This document shows, one piece after another, positions 24,415-37,000 of a stretch of DNA of 64,000 nucleotides. Origin of the DNA: Malacoraja senta (lineage: Eukaryota); assembly GCA_038087875.1 (NCBI GenBank), contig CM075984.1:21328001-21392000 (forward strand). Reading direction: 5' to 3'. Under the pieces are notes generated by a model. It saw only the letters and a list, made by a program, of their open reading frames with translations, did no database searches and had not been told where the DNA came from. A program made the position numbers and the translations under genes. Every line of letters starts with the position of its first letter. Within the stretch, counting starts at the first letter, position 1.

Positions 24415-26229
24415 GTTGTGAGATATAATTTTCTTTATTGCATTTCTCTGTTACAAAACTTAACACTGTGGCCTCGTTCCCATGGCAGCAATGTGTTAGG
24501 CATTTGCATTGTCAAGAAAGATTTCAGCATCCTCTTCCCCATTTCTGATATACCTCCTCGATCAGGAAGGGAAACAAACTTCACTGGCAGGTTTCATGGA
24601 CAGAGCACAAGCCAATCATGTGTAAATGTGACACACATGTGGACTGCAGGTTTGCAAGCTAGATGTACCACGGTGTAAATAGTTCTCAGGAAAATTTCCA
24701 CATCCACATTTTAATAACAAAAATAAATTGCACATGATTTGAAATGGAGGACAATTATATTTACCTGCCTTGGGTTCATAGATTCTCCCGCTTCACAAGT
24801 TATCACTCAGACTCTCCAGTAATAATGAATGGCACTTGAAGGTAATCATTTATTACAATAACTGTTCTGAAAAGTCGTTTATCTTTGAAGGCAATGAGAT
24901 TTAAAATGAGCACATCAGCTGAATCAAGCAAAAATATATTTATTTGGGTGACAAAATGCTGCAGCTGCTTACATTCAAACACAAATCGATTGGCCCTGAT
25001 AAGACAAAGCAGCAACAAGTGGCCAAAAAAAGTGGCAATATTATCATGCTGTGATTTACAACAGTTTCAGACTATACTGTTGACAATGAAGCCGATTGTA
25101 TTTTGATTGTTTCAATTACCACAGAGAAGAAATTACCACAGAGAAGCCAGTCTGTTGGAAGCCGCAGTCTTCGGTGGGAAGGTGGTCGTTCCTGGTACCC
25201 CAAGCCGCTGGGGGTTCTCCCGATGCCGGAGTACCATCACCCGGCGAGAACATCGGGCGCCGTGGCGGCGACTGTGGAGGCCTCAGTGGGCCCGACTCTG
25301 GGTGGACAAGAGGATGGGGACTGGACTTTGTGCCTTCCCCCACAGTGGGAACCACTGTGGGGGGATGTTTTGGTGTTGAACTTCTTTTTAATACTATGTT
25401 GTATTTTATTAGTGTGCTGCAAGGATATCTGTATTTCCCCTGAATAAGGGGATTAATAAAGTCTAATTCAATTCAATTCAAGAAACCGCCGGTGAGCACG
25501 TTTGAAATGGCCGTGCTTGCCCTCAAAACATGCTCAGAACATTGTACCTCAGTACCAGATTACCGTTACCTCAGTTCAATTAAAACTTAAACCCGCTGCT
25601 TCCCTCCCCAAAAAAGTTAGACCAGAGTTTGTTTCATCAGATACTAAAAGACTTTAGAAAGGTCACCTACTTCAAATGAAAAGAAAAATCAAAATCAATT
25701 TACCTTCAAAAATCATTCCTATCCAAGTCTCAAAATGGTTGTACATTTTAATATACAAAAAAAGGCACTTTTCTGGAATTATAAATTTAATTTAGAAAGA
25801 TGCACATTTTGTATCTCAAAAGGGGACAGGCAGTAGATTCATCTTCTCTACAATTTTTGATGTTTAGTGTGAAAGGATGGGAACAAAATTCAGAATGCAC
25901 AAAATGGGTTCTCACCTACATACTCATACTATATATAATGCTAAAATATTCACATTAAATATGAACTTACAAACGGTTTCCCTGATTAAAATACAAAATC
26001 AAATTGCTGGATGGCTTTCACCGTACCCTTGCCTCGAGAGAGAGAGATACGAAGGAATGAACTGGACTTTTAGCAACACCATGGAATTAAGTTTGTCAGA
26101 AGCATTTACAGAGAGAGTTCTGTAAAATCCATTGTTTATAAGACAAAGGAAGTGTTGGAATGGTCAGACTCACAGCTGGAATTAACAGCAAGACACTTAA
26201 AAGGTACAGAAGTTTGTGTTTTGTCCATC
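24415..26229 (-). other. SERP1: SERP1 3'UTR (extent inferred)
   Basis: AU-rich sequence after the stop; minus-strand ATTAAA near 25747-25752 and AATAAA at 24434-24439 are candidate proximal and distal polyA signals. Confidence 0.5.
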
Positions 26230-26270
26230 TCACATGCCCATCCGGATGCTCTGAATAATCTGGAAGATAG
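26230..26270 (-). CDS. SERP1: SERP1 coding exon 3 (41 nt, C-terminus)
   Basis: Acceptor ttttttgttccactgcAG; encodes (A)IFQIIQSIRMGM* with TGA; the three exons sum to 201 nt = 66 aa plus stop. Confidence 0.97.
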
Positions 26271-26579
26271 CTGCAGTGGAACAAAAAAGGTAGTAAGTTT
26301 AATTTTAGAATATAGTTGGAAAGAGTACATCAGTCAGAGTCATGGAGTCACACAGCACAGGAACAGACCCTTCAGCCCAAATCTTCCATGCAGACCAAGA
26401 TGCCCCATCAAAGCTCATCCCATTTGGCCCATATCCCTTTAAACCTTTCCTAACCATGTAGCTGAAGAGTTTAAGTGCTGTTTAGTACCAGCCTCTTCTG
26501 GCATCTCATGCCACATACTCAAGTGAAAAAGCTGGCCCTCAGGCTGCTATTAATTCTTGCCCCACTCACTTTAAACATA

Positions 26580-28450
26580 CAGTGCCCTCCATAATGTTTG
26601 GGACAAAGACCTATCATTTATTTATTTGCCTCTGTACTCCATAATTTGAAATTTGTAATAGAAACAAAATCACATGTGGTTAAAGTGCACATTGTCAGAT
26701 TTTAATAAAGGCCATTTTTATAAATTTTTTCATCATGAAGAAATTACAGCAGTGTTTATACATAGTCTCCCCCATTTCAGGGCACCATAATGTTTGGGAC
26801 ACGTGTCTTCATGGGCATTTGTAATTGCTCAGGTGTGTTTAATTGCCTCCTTAATGCATGTATAACAGAGCACTCAGTCTTTCCTCCAGTCTTTCCATCA
26901 TCTTTGAAAACTTTTATTGCTGTTTATCAACATGACGACCAAAGTTGTGCCAATGAAAGTCAAAGAAGACATAAGACTGAGAAACAAGAATACAAATGTT
27001 AAGCGCCTGTCCCACTTGGCGATTTTATTCAGCGACTGCCGGCATCATTGACTGACGTATCAGGTCACCGAAAAAGTCGCGGCGTGATGACGTATTGACG
27101 CGCAGTGTTTCCTCAAGTGTCGCAACATTTTTTTTGTCGCCGCTGGATTTTGAAATGTTCAAAATCTTTCGCCGACCCTGATACATCAGTCAATGACGCC
27201 GGCAGTCGCTGAAAAAAATCACCAAGTGGGACAGGCCCTTTAGCGACATCAGCCAAACCTTAGGCTTACCAAAATCAACTGTTTGGAACATCATTAAGAA
27301 GAAAGAGAGCACTGTTCATCTCCCTAATCGCAAAGGGACTGGCAGGCCAAGGGAGACCTCCACAGCTAATGACAGAAGAATTCTCTCCATAATAAAGAAA
27401 AAAAAAACAAACACTTGTCCGACAGATCAGAAACACTCTTCAGGAGTCAGTTGTGGATTTGTCAATGACCACTGTCTGCAGAAGACTTCATGAACAGAAA
27501 TACAGGGGCTAAACTACAAGGTGCAAACCACTGGTTAGCCGCAAAAATAGGATGGCCAGGTTACAATTTTCCAAGAAGTACTGAAAAGAGCAACCACAGT
27601 TCTGGAAAAAGGTCTTGTGGACAGATGAGACGAAGATTAACTTATATCAGAGTGATGGCAAGAGCAAAGTATGGAGCAGAGAAGGAACTGCCCACGATCC
27701 AAAGCATACCACCTCATCTGTGAAACACAGTGGTGGGGGTGTTATGGCCTGGGCATGTATGGCTGCTGAAGGTACTGGCTCACTTATCTTCATTGATGAT
27801 ACAACTGCTGATGGTAGTAGCATAATGAATTCTGAAGTGTATAGACACATCCTATCTGCTCAAGTTCAAACAAATGCCCCAAAACTCATTGGCCAGCAGT
27901 TCATTCTACAGCAAGACCATGATCCCAAACATACTGCGAAAGGAACAAAGCAAAAAAATGGTCAATTCTTGAGTGGCCAAGTCAATCACACGATCTGAAC
28001 CCAATTGGGCATGCCTTTTATATGCTGAAGAGAAAACTAAAGAGGACCAGCCCCCAAAACAAGCATAAGCTAAAGATGGCTGCAATACAGGCTTGGCAAA
28101 GCATCACCAGAGAAGACACCCAGCAACTGGTGATGTCCATGAATTGCAGACTTCAAGCAGTCATTGCATGCGAAGGATATGCAACAAAATACTAAACATG
28201 ACTACTTTCATTTACATGACATTGCTGTGTCCCAAACATTATGGTGCCCTGAAATGGGAGGACTATGTATAAACACTGATGTCATTTATACATGGTGAAA
28301 CCAAATGTATAGAAATGGCCTTTAATAAAATCTGACAATGTGCACTTTAACCACATGTGATTTTTTTTCTATTACAAATCTCAAATTGTGGAGTACAGAG
28401 GCAAATAAATAAATGATGGGTCTTTGTCCCAAACATTATGGAGGGCACTG
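26580..28450 (+). mobile_element. Tc1 transposon, defective copy 2 (inserted in a CR1 fragment; contains a MITE)
   Basis: Same TIRs with TA flanks (26578-79, 28451-52); ORF 27615-27998 carries WTDETK, GGGVMAWAC and QQDHDPKH; lies in SERP1 intron 2. Confidence 0.95.
27002..27239. mobile_element. PIF/Harbinger-type MITE, copy 2 (inside the Tc1 transposase gene)
   Basis: TTA TSD (26999-27001, 27240-27242); about 60-bp TIRs; interior nearly identical to copy 1. Confidence 0.92.
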
Positions 28451-28809
28451 TATATCCTGTTTCTGATTCCGCTGCTCTGGGTAAAAGACTCTGCACATTT
28501 ACCCAATCTACTCCCCTCATGATTTTGTACACCTCTATACGATCACCTCTCATCCTCCTGTGCTCCAATGAATAAAGTCCTAGCCTGCACAACCTCTCCC
28601 TATAGCTCAGCCCCTAGCACTGTCCTTGTAAGCCAGACATTTTAACATTACCACCAGGACAAATAAAAGCAAGATACATAGAATTATTTAAAATAGTTAA
28701 GGACAGACAAGATTAATGGAGAATCAGCTTGAAGGAATCCATAGCTAACAAGGGAACACAATCAACTGATTCACGGATAGGAGGTAGTGCTTTGGCTTCA
28801 CGATTAACA

Positions 28810-29220
28810 TGGACAGCACATCACAGGAACAGGCCTACAGTGTCTGTGCCGAACATGATGCCAAGTTAAACTGATCTCCTGTGCCTACACATGATCCATA
28901 ACCCTCCCTTCTCTGCAATATCTACAAGCATCTTAAATGCCGCTACTGTATCTACCTCCACCATCACCCCTGGCAGCATGTTCCAGGCACCCATCACTCT
29001 GTGTAAAAAAAATCTTGTACCGTACATCTATTTTGAACTTTGCTCCCCTCACCTTAAAGCTACATCCTCTAGTCTTTTGACATTTCCACCCTGGGAAAAA
29101 AGGTTCCGACCATTTACCCTATCTCTGCTTCTCAATTTTATATACTTCTATCACATCTCCCCTCAACCTCCGATGCTCCAAAGAAAACAATCCACCTTTG
29201 TTCAAGTCCTATTAATAACC
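28810..29220 (-). mobile_element. CR1 LINE 3' fragment
   Basis: Similar to 48190-48510; tail begins ACAGGAACAGGCC on the plus strand. Confidence 0.7.
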
Positions 29221-30694
29221 AATCCATTCAGCAAATTAACATTTAATGTGCAAATTAACATTTTCCACACAGCAGTCACTATACGTCTTAAAATATAACC
29301 ATCTCAATATTAAGGAAAAGAGCTTCTGCTGAAGTCGCCATCACCCTCTATCCAATCACTCCTTTGACCTGTTTTCAAGCGGAACAAACAGTTTGCTTAA
29401 TCGCTCCTCACAATCTAACTTTGTTCCCTTTGCATTCCTTCCAAGGACAACACATTCACTTAGTTTGTCATGTGGCCCTCTTAATAGGATGGCTGAAAGC
29501 CGCTTGTTTATTTGAGAACCATATTGCATAATGCCACGTGTATTTGGCAAATGAACATTTCCCAAGTGTATATGTAGCACAAGGTTTATGTGGCAGGAAT
29601 AAAACGTCAATAAAGTTGCATATTTGAACAGGGTCATTTTGACCTTGTATACACTGGAGCTGTCCAAAGAGCACTGTAAAACCTTTGCCAATAGGCATAA
29701 AGACTGTTAATGGAGAACTACTTCATCTAATTTAACAGGTAAGTTTCATATTTGAGTGATAGGAGCAGACTTAGCAGTAGGAAAAAAAACTGTGTTGGAC
29801 CTGTAGCTTCCTGCCTCTCCATGTGTCTTTGGGTTAGCCTGGCAATGCAGGTAGAGGGGCAACTGCAAAAAAGTGGAACTTTAACAAAAGAGGTTCCACT
29901 AATGGATGCACAAATGTAATCCTCAAGTCAAGTCGTTACCTTGATGCCTTCACAGCACATATCCCTTCCAATGTCATCTCGGAAAGAATAGACCTCAGAA
30001 ACACTACACATTCCTTTCTCAAAGATCTTGGCTTTACAGTGAATGAGGCACAGTCAGAAACATTTCTCTTGTGGGCATTGAGCAAACGGGACGCATTCTC
30101 CTGACTTAGGAAGACTCAGAGCCACCCACATCAAGCCCTCCTAGTTAAGTGGCCAAATTGTTGCTTGAGCAAACTATCCCAAATAAGACTGTCAGTGTAG
30201 TATTACATTTTAACGGCCACAAAGCACACAAGGTAGCGTAGAGAAACTAGAGCACCTAGAATGTGTTTCCTCACAGCAACAATGGTCAAAGTGAGGTTTA
30301 GTGGTTCAATGATACAAGAGGCTTTGATAGAATAAACGAGGAGGAACTTTGCACCCACAGTAACACCAATAACCGGAGGAGTAACATTTAGATCATTGAC
30401 ACTGAACTGGAGAGAGATTTTCCAGTTTTACATGGAGTCACGATGATCTGGAGTTCGCTGCTTGAAATAATAGACGCCAGTGGTTAATACACTAGAGTAC
30501 GAGCCAGATTTCTGGACCATTGATCAAAAGGCAAGTTTGAATCCTTGCACAGCAGCCGACAATTTTAAAAATTCACACAATTAAATCTGGAGGTACAAAA
30601 ACAAAAAAGTTGCCAATGCTGGAAATCTGAAATAACAAAATGCTCAAAATACTCAGCAAGTCAAACAGTATCTGTTGCAAGAGAAACTTGGTTA

Positions 30695-30978
30695 ATTAGT
30701 TTTGTTTAGATAAACAGCGTGGAAACTGGCCTTCAGGCCACAGAGTCCACTCCAACCAATGATCACCCATACACGAGTTCTATCCTACACACTAGGGACA
30801 ATTTACAGAGGTCAATAAACCTACAAACCTGCATGTCTTTGAAATGTGGGAGCACCCAGAGAAAACCCCTTGCGGGCACAGGGTGATCGTACAAACTCTG
30901 TAACGATAGCACCCGAGGTCAGGATCGAACCTGGTCTCTGGTGCTGTAAATCAGCAACTCTACCGCTGCGCCACTGTA
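30695..30978 (-). mobile_element. HE1-like SINE
   Basis: GGATCGAACC (B box on minus strand), ACCGCTGCGCCAC head. Confidence 0.82.
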
Positions 30979-31349
30979 CTGCTGCGGTAGAGTTAGTGGC
31001 TCAAATCGAAGACGTTTCACTCCAATGTGACAGTATTTCAAGAATTTCAAAAGCAGGTTTCAGTAACAGTAACCACGGAATTACCAGGCTGTTGTTTAAA
31101 CCGACTGAGTTTATCAATGTCTTTCACAAGTGCACCACCTTTGTCCAGTCTCGCCTTCATCTGACTCCAGATACATCACTGACATTCATTCTCAACTCCC
31201 TCCCCTGTTTAGTAGCAATTAGGAATGAACAAAACAACATGTTGGCATTTCCAACAATGTCTACACCCTATGAATAAGTTTAAAAAAAAGTAACTTTCCT
31301 AAAGTGATTTGGATTTGTACTTGATGGGGAGAATGTGTACATGTTGACA

Positions 31350-31608
31350 TTTAGGCCTCACGGTGCCAGAGACCCAGGTTCGATCCTGGCTATGGGTGCT
31401 GTCTGTATGGAGTTTGTACGTTCTCCCCATTACCGCGTGGGTTTTCTCCGGGTGTTCCTACATTCCAAAGTATAGGTTTGTAGGTTAATTGGCTTTGGTA
31501 AAAAATTATAAATCGTCCCCAGTGTGTATGATAGTGCTGGTGTTCAGCGTGATCGTTGGTCGGCACTGACTCAGTGGGCCTGTTTCCGCGCTGTGTCTCT
31601 AAAGTCTA
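31350..31608 (+). mobile_element. HE1-like SINE
   Basis: GGTTCGATCC, core and tail; inverted relative to the 30695 copy. Confidence 0.82.
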
Positions 31609-31671
31609 GAGAGGGCAGTAGCAGGGGCTCTGGAGAGGGAAGTGTGGTTAATAGGATAGCACTGTCAGAGA

Positions 31672-31840
31672 TATACACATGATGCTGGAGTATCTCAGCA
31701 GGTCAGGCAGCATCCCTGGAGAACATGGGCAGACAACGCTTCGGGTCAGAATTCTTCATCAGACGCGAAACGCCACCTATCCATGCTCTCCAGGGATGCT
31801 GCCTGACTCGCTGTGTTACTCCAGCACTTTGCCTTTCTTT
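31672..31840. repeat. Fold-back Penelope-derived repeat
   Basis: GCTGGAGTA..CAGGCAGCATCCCTGGAGA / TCTCCAGGGATGCTGCCTG..TACTCCAGC. Confidence 0.8.
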
Positions 31841-33049
31841 GGTACAGGTATTCCTGGAACAGTTTACCTAGGCCGCCGGGGCGCTGAGATACCGGCCCAC
31901 AAAATCGGCTGCAGAAGTCAGCTATGGGAACGGATCTGCTGGCCCCAGCCAGAGTTCCAGGGATTTGGCCGCAGGAGGCAAAGTCGACCGGCTGAAGAGG
32001 TCGAGATCAGCCGCCTCAGCTGGCCTAGGCGTAAGCTACATTTCCGGGGTGGGGGGGGGGGGGGAGGTCTTCCAGGAGGGATTTTAAGTGCACTCTCATA
32101 ATTTTGTCCAGATTAAAGGAGGTACTGGACCACCAGTTGCCGGAGAATCAGTGGACCTAAAAAACCAGCATCTGCAGTCCTTATTATCACATCCTGTCAA
32201 AGGTATGATGGGACACAACTTATTTCTGTGGTAAACAATCCTGATTTCTACCTGAAACATTAATCTCTTCCACACGACAGCCAGCTTTACCTATATTACT
32301 GTTGAGATTATTAGTTGTATAAATATATTACATGACAGTTCCCCAAATTATTTTAAAAAGGTTCAACGGTTCAGCAAATAATGTAGAAAAGAGTACAACT
32401 AATCTTGAGAAAAACAGATTTGAAGGAACCAGACCTGCAGCAAGTAGGCTTGTCAACACTCCATTTCCAAACCAATTGAAGCTCCCCTCCCCCGCCCGCC
32501 CCCCCCCCCCTCCTCCTGCCCCCCCCCCCCTCCTCCTCCACCCTCCTCCACCCAAGGTCACTTATAGATAACGTTATCGCATAAACAGGGTAGAGGGTAG
32601 AAATATATGAAGGTGACTCGTATTCCAAATACAAATGATGTACTATCTAGGCTGATTAGCCACTAATGTAGTTAGCACAATTGACATTAGCTGCGTGAAC
32701 AGAAAGGCAGTCAATGCAAGGATTAACTACTTATTCAGAACAGATGATATGCTGAGATGAAAGGGAGTTGCAGAATCTTAATGCACAGAAACAGGCAATT
32801 CAGACCACAGTGACTATCATTTTGTGCTTACCAGAGTCATGGAGTCATACAGCATGGAACCAGGCCCTTCGGCCCAACTTGCCCACACCAACCAACATGT
32901 CCCATCTACACGAGTCCCGCCTGCCTGCGTTTGGCCCATATCCCTCTAAATCTATCCTATACATGTGCCCGTCTAAATGTTTCTCAAATATTGTGATAGT
33001 ACCTGCGTCAACGACCTCCTCCAGCAGCCCCTTCCAAATAGGCTTTCTC

Positions 33050-34710
33050 CTAGGCGAGTAAAGTTCGGGAGCTTTAAAAAGAGCGCCAAGAGACAGCCCA
33101 GGGCAATTACCTTGAAGTTCGCAGAGGAGCAGCAGCTAGACCAGCGAGGGAGTGGATTGTCTGAGACATCCTAATTAGTTGAATGGATAGTTGTCTTGAT
33201 TAGATGAAATTAAGTGCAGGTGTAGTGAAGCAGCCTATTGGGAGCGGCCTTGGAGAGGCAAAGTGCAAGTCTTTGGCTCAAGAGTATTCGGCGATGAGGC
33301 TATATTTATTCGGTTGTGTGTTTAATTTAATTTAAATATTTAAACTTATTGACGTGATGTCAGGAATGTTATTGCAGTGCGTTTGTTGCAGGATGTGGGA
33401 AGTCCGGGGCACTGTTGGTGTCTCTGACCACTACACCTGTGGGAACTGTGTCCAGATGCAGCTCCTCAAGGACTGAGTTAGAGAACTGGAGCAGCAGCTG
33501 GATGACCTGTGGTCCATCCGGGAAGGCGAAAGCTTTCTGGACAGGACCTACAGTCAGGTGGTCACTCCAAGGGTACAAGAGGTATGACCGTTAGAGACGG
33601 AAAGGAAGGGGATGAAACTAGTGCAGGAGATCTCGGTGGAAGTGCCTCTTGAAAACAGGTACACCCTCTTGGGAGTTGTCAGGGCAGGCAACGCTTCCAG
33701 TCCGAGCGGCGGACAGACTCGAATCCTGGCGTTGAGGCTCAACCGGCGTGACTGATGGCAGGCAGAGCCATAGTGGTGGGTGACTCCATTATCAGAGGTG
33801 TGGACAGGAGATTCTGTGGTGAGAGGCGAGATTCGAGGATGGTGTGTTGCCTCCCTGGTGCCAGGGTTCAAGATGTCTCAGATCGACTTCAGAACATCCT
33901 CGAGAGGGAAGGTGAGCAGCCGGAAGTAGTTGTGCGTGTAGGCACAAATGACGTGGATAAGAAGTGGAAGGAGGTTCTGCAACGTGAGTATAGAGAACTA
34001 GGCAGGAGGCTGGAAAGCAGGATTCTAGGGTGGTTATCTCTGGGTTACTTCCAGTACCTCGTGCCAGTGAGGGTAGGAACGGGGAGAAAGGGGATCTGAA
34101 TGTGTGGCTGAGGAGTTGGTGCAGGGGGCAGGGATTTAGATTTCTAGGTCACTGGTATCTCTTCTGGGGCAGGGGTGACCTGTACAAAAGGGACGTGTTG
34201 CACCTTAATTGGAGGGGGACCGACATTCTGGCAGGCAGGTTTGCTAATGCTACACGGATGGGTTTAAACTTAACAGTGGAGGGGTGAAGTCAACAACGTG
34301 GAAGCGTATCCGTGCAGCTAACGTGAAAGAGAGTGTAAGAAAGATCACATCTAAACTAACAAGGCAGGGGGATGGGATCCAATGCAAAGAGACAGAGGGC
34401 CATAAAAAGAGGACAGAAGCAAAAGGTAGAAAGGAAATAGGAAAAACTAACCTGAAAGCTTTGTGCCTTAATGTAGGGAGCAGTTGTAATAAGATGGATC
34501 TGCGATGAGGATGCTATGAGACTGCAGGGTGTCTTGGATAGGTTGGGTGAGTGGGCAGGTGGGGTTTAATGTGGATAAATGTGAGGTTATCCACTTTGGT
34601 GGCAAGAACAGGCAGGCAGATTATTATCTGAATGGTGTCAGATTAAGAAAAGGGGAGGTGCAACGAGACCTAGGTGTGCTTGTACATCAGTCACTCAAAG
34701 TAAGCATGTT
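33050..34710 (+). mobile_element. CR1-clade LINE 5' part: ORF1 (zinc finger/coiled coil plus SGNH esterase) joined to an internally deleted ORF2
   Basis: From 33357 MSGMLLQCVCCRMWE..YTCGNC..ELEQQLDDL; esterase motifs IVVGDSIIRG, CLPGA, VGTND and LHLN; ORF2 start jumps at about 34500 to late RT sequence (FNVDKCEVIHFG). Confidence 0.9.
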
Positions 34711-34711
34711 T

Positions 34712-34990
34712 CTAAACCCACCACCCTTTGTGTAAAAAAAAGCAACCCCTCAGGTTCCTATTAAATCTTTCCCCCCTCACCTGAAACCAATGTTGTCTGG
34801 TTCTCGATTCCCTTATTCTGGGCAAGAGACTGTGTTTACCCGATCTATTTCTCACGATTTTGTACACTTCCATAAAGATCATCCCTCATCCTCCTATACT
34901 TCAAGGAATAAATTCCTAGCCTGCTCAACCTCTCCCTATAGCCCAGGCCCTTGAATCCTGACAATATCCTCATAACTCTTCTCCAAAACC
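34712..34990 (-). mobile_element. CR1 LINE 3' fragment
   Basis: ORF track GYRERLSRLGIYSLKYRRMRDDL. Confidence 0.8.
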
Positions 34991-35564
34991 ATTTTAGATA
35001 CTGGAGTCTAGCTTGTGTGTCAAGAGGACTCCAAAGTATCAAATAAATAAATCTTTAATACAGACATTCTCAAGAGTCTGGTTAGCCACCACAGTCTGGT
35101 TGTAAAAGCAGCAAGAGAGAAAGTGTGGCAAGGTGCCAGAGCAATTAACTCTGCTGTATGATAGCTTCACCAACTTCAATTTGATCCTCTGCAGAGACTT
35201 TGCATGTAATGCGAGTTTCCTCCAGTTTCCACCTGCATCCCAAAATCAGAGGTCGATTGGCTACTGTAAATACCCATTAGTGTAGGTTAAAGGTAAAATG
35301 AATCAAAGGGGAGTTCGAGTTAATGGGCATACAGAAGAAAGTTTCTGGGGTAGGGGGAGATAGAAGGGAGGGGGGCAATATGACATAGGATTACACCCAT
35401 GGGCAATGGCACAGAGCCAAAAGCCCAAATGTCCTGTGTCATAAGATGAGAAGGCAAGTAATGGGAGAGGGGGAGGATGCAAATCGAAAGAAAGATACAA
35501 AAATCTAAGATTATGGGTGATTTGGAGAACTCCGTTACCTTCACACAACTTTTTTTTATTGCTG

Positions 35565-35868
35565 GATAGTTTAGTTCAGACATACAGCATGTAAACAGGC
35601 CCTTCGGCCCATTGTCCATGCTGACTGCAGATCACCTGTTCACACCAGTTCTATGTGATCCCATGTACACATCCACTCCCGACACACTGGGGGCAATTAA
35701 TCTATAAAACCCACACGTCTTTGGGATGTTGGAGGAGACTGGAGCACCCAGAGAAACCCCACTCAGCCACAGGAAGAACGTGCAGATTCCACGCAGACAG
35801 CACCCGAGGTCAGAATCAAGCTCAAGTCTTTGGTTTTGTGAGACAGTGCGTCTATCAGCTACGCCACT
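35565..35868 (-). mobile_element. HE1-like SINE
   Basis: Reverse complement of the consensus. Confidence 0.8.
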
Positions 35869-36480
35869 GATTCTACACACTGCAGAGATTTTTCATGATT
35901 ACAGTACTTATGAGCGCACAATGTACAGCTTAATAGCTGAATAGCTTAAAGTCAAATTTAATAAATGGCGATGTTAAATACAAGCAGACTTGCAAAATGT
36001 TTAGCAAGTCAGTTGAGGGGCAGTGGTTGGATTATTTCCAAGTAACCCTGGAGTGGAACATGTCAACTGTAGATTTTATGCGCAGTTGAAATATCAAAAT
36101 CCAACTTTGTTGGGTTGCAAAGGAAATTTTCAAGTTCAGTGCCCACTAGATGCAAATTTGATAAGTCTCTTCTTAGGCATTAAACAACTGCATCCCAGCT
36201 AGGCAATGAAGAGAAGTCAAATGTTTTTATGAACGAGTATCCACAATGAAGGATACGAGTCTGCCAGCTCAGAATTGTGCAAAATGTACATTTTTTAATT
36301 AGTCAGCGCTAAAATGTCAAGTGGCAGAGTGTAGAATAGATAATTATAGTGTTTTAGATTCATAGATTCAGTTAAACAGCATGGAAATAGCACCTTCAGC
36401 CCAACCCGTCCACACTAACCAAGATGCCTATCTATACTAATCCTGCTTGTCTGCATGTGCCCCATATTCCTGTAAACCTT

Positions 36481-36672
36481 GAAGATAGACACAAAATGCT
36501 GGAGTAACTCAGTGGGTCACGCAGCATCTCTGGAGAAAAGTCTGAAGAAGCTTCTTGACCCGAAACATCACGCATTTCTTTTCTCCAGAGATGCTGTCTG
36601 ACACGCTGAGCTACTCTAGCATTTTGTGCCCATCTTCGATGTAAACCAGCATCTGTAGTTCCTTCCTACACA
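36481..36672. repeat. Fold-back Penelope-derived repeat inserted in a CR1 fragment
   Basis: GAAGATAGACACAAAATGCTGGAGTA / TACTCTAGCATTTTGTGCCCATCTTC; CR1 sequence resumes on both sides. Confidence 0.82.
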
Positions 36673-37000
36673 TTTCCTCTAAAGCTTTCCTATCCATGAA
36701 CCTATTCAAATGTATTTTAAACATTGTAATTGTACCTGCCTCTGTCATCACCTCTATAAACCTATTCCATATACCTACCAACCTCTTAAAAACTTGCACC
36801 TGATCCTGTCTCAAAATATTCCCCTTTCACCTTGATGTTATCTGAAAATTTAGCCTTTAGGGCTCAGGGAATCAAAGGATATGGGGGAAAAGCAGGAACA
36901 GGATACTGATTTTAGATGATCAGCCATGATCATATTGAATGGCGGTGCTGGCTCGAAGGGCCAAATGGCTTATTCCTGCACCTATTTTTCTATGTTTCCA

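Larger units (their letters stand above)
26335..28620 (-). mobile_element. CR1 3' fragment split by Tc1 copy 2
   Basis: 26335-26579 and 28451-28620 join into a contiguous CR1 3' end (RLGLYSLEHRRMRGD). Confidence 0.85.

Noticed and set aside
25096-25447. Overlapping 90-115-aa ORFs
   Set aside because: GC-rich repeat interior with no recognisable protein motif.
33755-34287. Cellular SGNH/GDSL esterase gene
   Set aside because: Matches CR1 ORF1 architecture, is frameshifted and runs into ORF2.
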